Shown here: piece by piece, positions 61,735 through 64,000 of the stretch
How the letters are laid out: the number at the start of each line of letters is the position of its first letter
Position numbering within the stretch: position 1 is the first letter of the stretch
Assembly (NCBI GenBank): GCA_965287045.1
Contig: OZ336887.1
Coordinates: 32,984,001-33,048,000, forward strand
Length of the DNA: 64,000 nt
From: Carcharhinus amblyrhynchos
Lineage: Eukaryota
Reading direction: 5' to 3'
Made by a program: the position numbers and the translations under genes
The notes under the pieces: generated by a model
The model's database searches: none
The model's input: only the letters and a program-made list of their open reading frames with translations
What the model was told of the DNA's origin: nothing

Positions 61735-62335
61735 TTACTGATTAAGTAGCTTTTATCAAAATGCACTTTATTCAGAAATACAGTTTAACTATAAAAAATG
61801 AATCCGCTTAATAGTTAACATTTGAACAATACTTAAGCATGACAAGGTGCAATTCTTAACCATGAACCTATCTATTGGTTCCAATTCGAACAATATTCCA
61901 CTTTTGACTTAAACTCCTCTTCAAAACCAGTTAGCAACAACACCGGTTCAAGTTCTTGTACTTGTAAACCGTCCTAGAGTTTTTTGAACAACTCTGGAGA
62001 GACAGATAACTATCTTCTGACAGCCCCAAACAGTAACCTCCAGAGAGAGCTAGACAGAAAGATACATCTTGTTTTTTTTTTCAGAGCCAGGCAGACGCTG
62101 ACTATTTTAAAACATTTCTCCGCCTGTTAACATGCAACTCTGTCAAGCAAATTAATCAAAACCCTGTTCTGAAACCCAAGTAAACACAAATGCATTAACT
62201 CTGTTAGACAAACACATCATTAGCTAAAAATCAGTCATTATCCTGCATTCTAAATTTTTGAGCTCCCTGCTGCCCAGATAAATCAGTACCTTGTCGGACA
62301 GCTGACTTCTAAACATACCCGTACAAGAAAAATGA
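61735..62335 (-). mobile_element. Probable LTR remnant
   Basis: ttttatcaaaatgcactttattcagaaatac resembles the reverse complement of the ~49080-49110 poly(A) region. Confidence 0.35.
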
Positions 62336-62349
62336 ACAAAGGAAAATAC

Positions 62350-63467
62350 CACACAGGGACAGGCCCTTCTGCCCTCCAAACCTCTGCCAATCATGATACT
62401 CTAACTAAACTAAAAGAAACCTGATCTTACACAGTCCATATCCCTCTATTCACTGCCTATTCATGTACCCATACAAATGCCTCTTAAATGTTGCTAATGT
62501 GTTTGCTTCCACCATCTCCTCCAGCATCACATCTCCTCTGGCACCCACCACTCTCTGCATGACAAACTTGCCCCATACATCTTTCTTGAACTTTCTCCCT
62601 CTCACCTTGAACCTATGCCTCCTTGTAACTGACACTTCCACCCTGGGGAAAAAACCTCTGACTACCCACCCTATCTGTGTCCCTCATAATTTTGTAGACC
62701 TCTATCAGGTCTCCTCTCAATCTCCTTTCCAATGAAAACAATCCTAGCTTATTCAACCTTGCCAACTCCCTCGACCAGACAACATTCTCGTGAACCTTCT
62801 TTGCACTCTCCAAAGCTTCCATGTCTTCCTGGTAGTGTGGCAACCAGAACTGCGTGCAGAGCTCCAAATGGGACCTCGCCAAGTTTTTATATAGCTGTAA
62901 CGTGATTTGCCAACTCTTGTACTCAACGCCCCGGCCGATAAAGGTAAGCATGCCCTATGTCTTTTTAATCACCTTGGCCACCGGTGTTGCCACTTTTAGA
63001 AGACTGTGGACCTGCACACCCAGATCATTGTGTGTTAATATTCCTGAGGGTTCCACCATTTACAATATAATTTACAACTAAATTTGCTCCTTCAAAATGC
63101 ATCACCTTGCATTTGTCTGGATTAAACTCCATATGCCATTTCTGTGCCCAAGTCTCCAATCTATCTATATCTTGTATCCTCTGACAATCCACCCGCCACT
63201 ATCAGCAGCTCCGCTAATCTTCGTGTCATCTGCAAACTTACTAATCAGACCACCCAATTTTTCCTCCAGATCATATATGCTGCAAAAAACAGAGGTCCCA
63301 GCACCGATCCCTGTGGAACACCACTAGCTACAGATTTCCATTCTGAAAAACACCCTTCCGTGGCTATTCTGTCACTCATGAACAAGCCAGTTCTGTATCC
63401 ATCTAGCCAGCCCACCCGAAATCCCAAGTGATTTTAATTTTGTACCAGTCTGCCATGTGGGACCTTG
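62350..63467 (-). mobile_element. CR1-A LINE 3' part
   Basis: ORFs with [25 protein letters not shown]...RRLRGDLIEVYKIM and RRHRFKVRG. Confidence 0.9.
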
Positions 63468-64000
63468 ATGTGGGTATGCCAGCGTTGGACTGGTGTAAAC
63501 ACAGTAAAAAGTCTGACAACACCAGGTTTTAGTCCAACCTATTTATTTGATAATATACTCGCAAGCTTTCGGGTTAGCCCGTTCGTCAGGTGAATGGAGA
63601 GTTCTGGCCTCAGACAGAGCATATAAAGCACAGACAGTTTAGAGATTACTGATTAGAATGCGAATCCTTACACCTAACCTGCTGTTCAAGACCTGAAGTG
63701 GCTGATAATGTGAGTGGAAGGAGCACTGATCACAGTTTAAAGAGATGTGTATTGTCTCCAGACAGTACAGTAAGTGAGGTTTTGCAAACCCAGGCAAGTC
63801 ACGGGGGTTACAGATAGTGCGACATGAACCCAAGATCCCTGTTGAGACCGTCCTCATGTGTGCGGAACTTGGCTATCAGTCTCTGTTCAGCGACTCTGCG
63901 CTGTCGTGTGTCGTGAAGGCCGCCTTGGAGAATGCTTACCCGAAGGTTCCCTTCCTGTTGGCGAACACTTCAGTGGTCACGGGCATTCAGCCTCTGACCT
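63468..64000 (-). mobile_element. Penelope-like element 3' end (GIY-YIG C-terminus + pLTR with hammerhead motif) with an inverted partner from ~63946
   Basis: Minus strand 63945-63808 translates LRVSILQGGLHDTRQRRVAEQRLIAKFRTHEDGLNRDLGFMSHYL*, matching the PLE endonuclease end E..I..F.T...GLN.D. Plus strand 63948-64000 reads SLPVGEHFSGHGHSASD. Confidence 0.85.

Noticed and set aside
1-64000. CRISPR arrays, operons or other prokaryotic/phage systems
   Set aside because: No regularly spaced direct repeats or dense ORF clusters. The sequence is a spliced vertebrate locus.

Overview
Eukaryotic, TE-dense genomic DNA, most likely from a cartilaginous fish (shark), judged by the HE1/V-SINE-like, DeuSINE-like and CR1 repeat complement. 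The only host gene is the 5' part of exportin-6 (XPO6) on the + strand. It has a CpG-rich, CCAAT-box-rich promoter (~15.7-16.1 kb), a first exon whose only coding content is the ATG (16080-16082), a ~36 kb first intron, and four more coding exons (52104-52194, 54313-54425, 55457-55654, 56984-57143). These splice in frame to 188 codons of the importin-beta-like N-terminus, and the gene continues beyond the window. Nearly all other ORF-track entries are TE remnants or noise: a near-full-length RTE LINE, two CR1 families, Rex1, L2-like pieces, Gypsy remnants, a hAT-type element and three SINE families. The most notable observations are four Penelope-like-element ends carrying minimal hammerhead-ribozyme motifs, a near-full-length but remodelled U2 snRNA-derived insert in intron 1, and several uORFs plus a candidate ORF-truncating cassette exon at the XPO6 5' end. 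Family names come from recalled consensus motifs, not database searches, and repeat boundaries are approximate.
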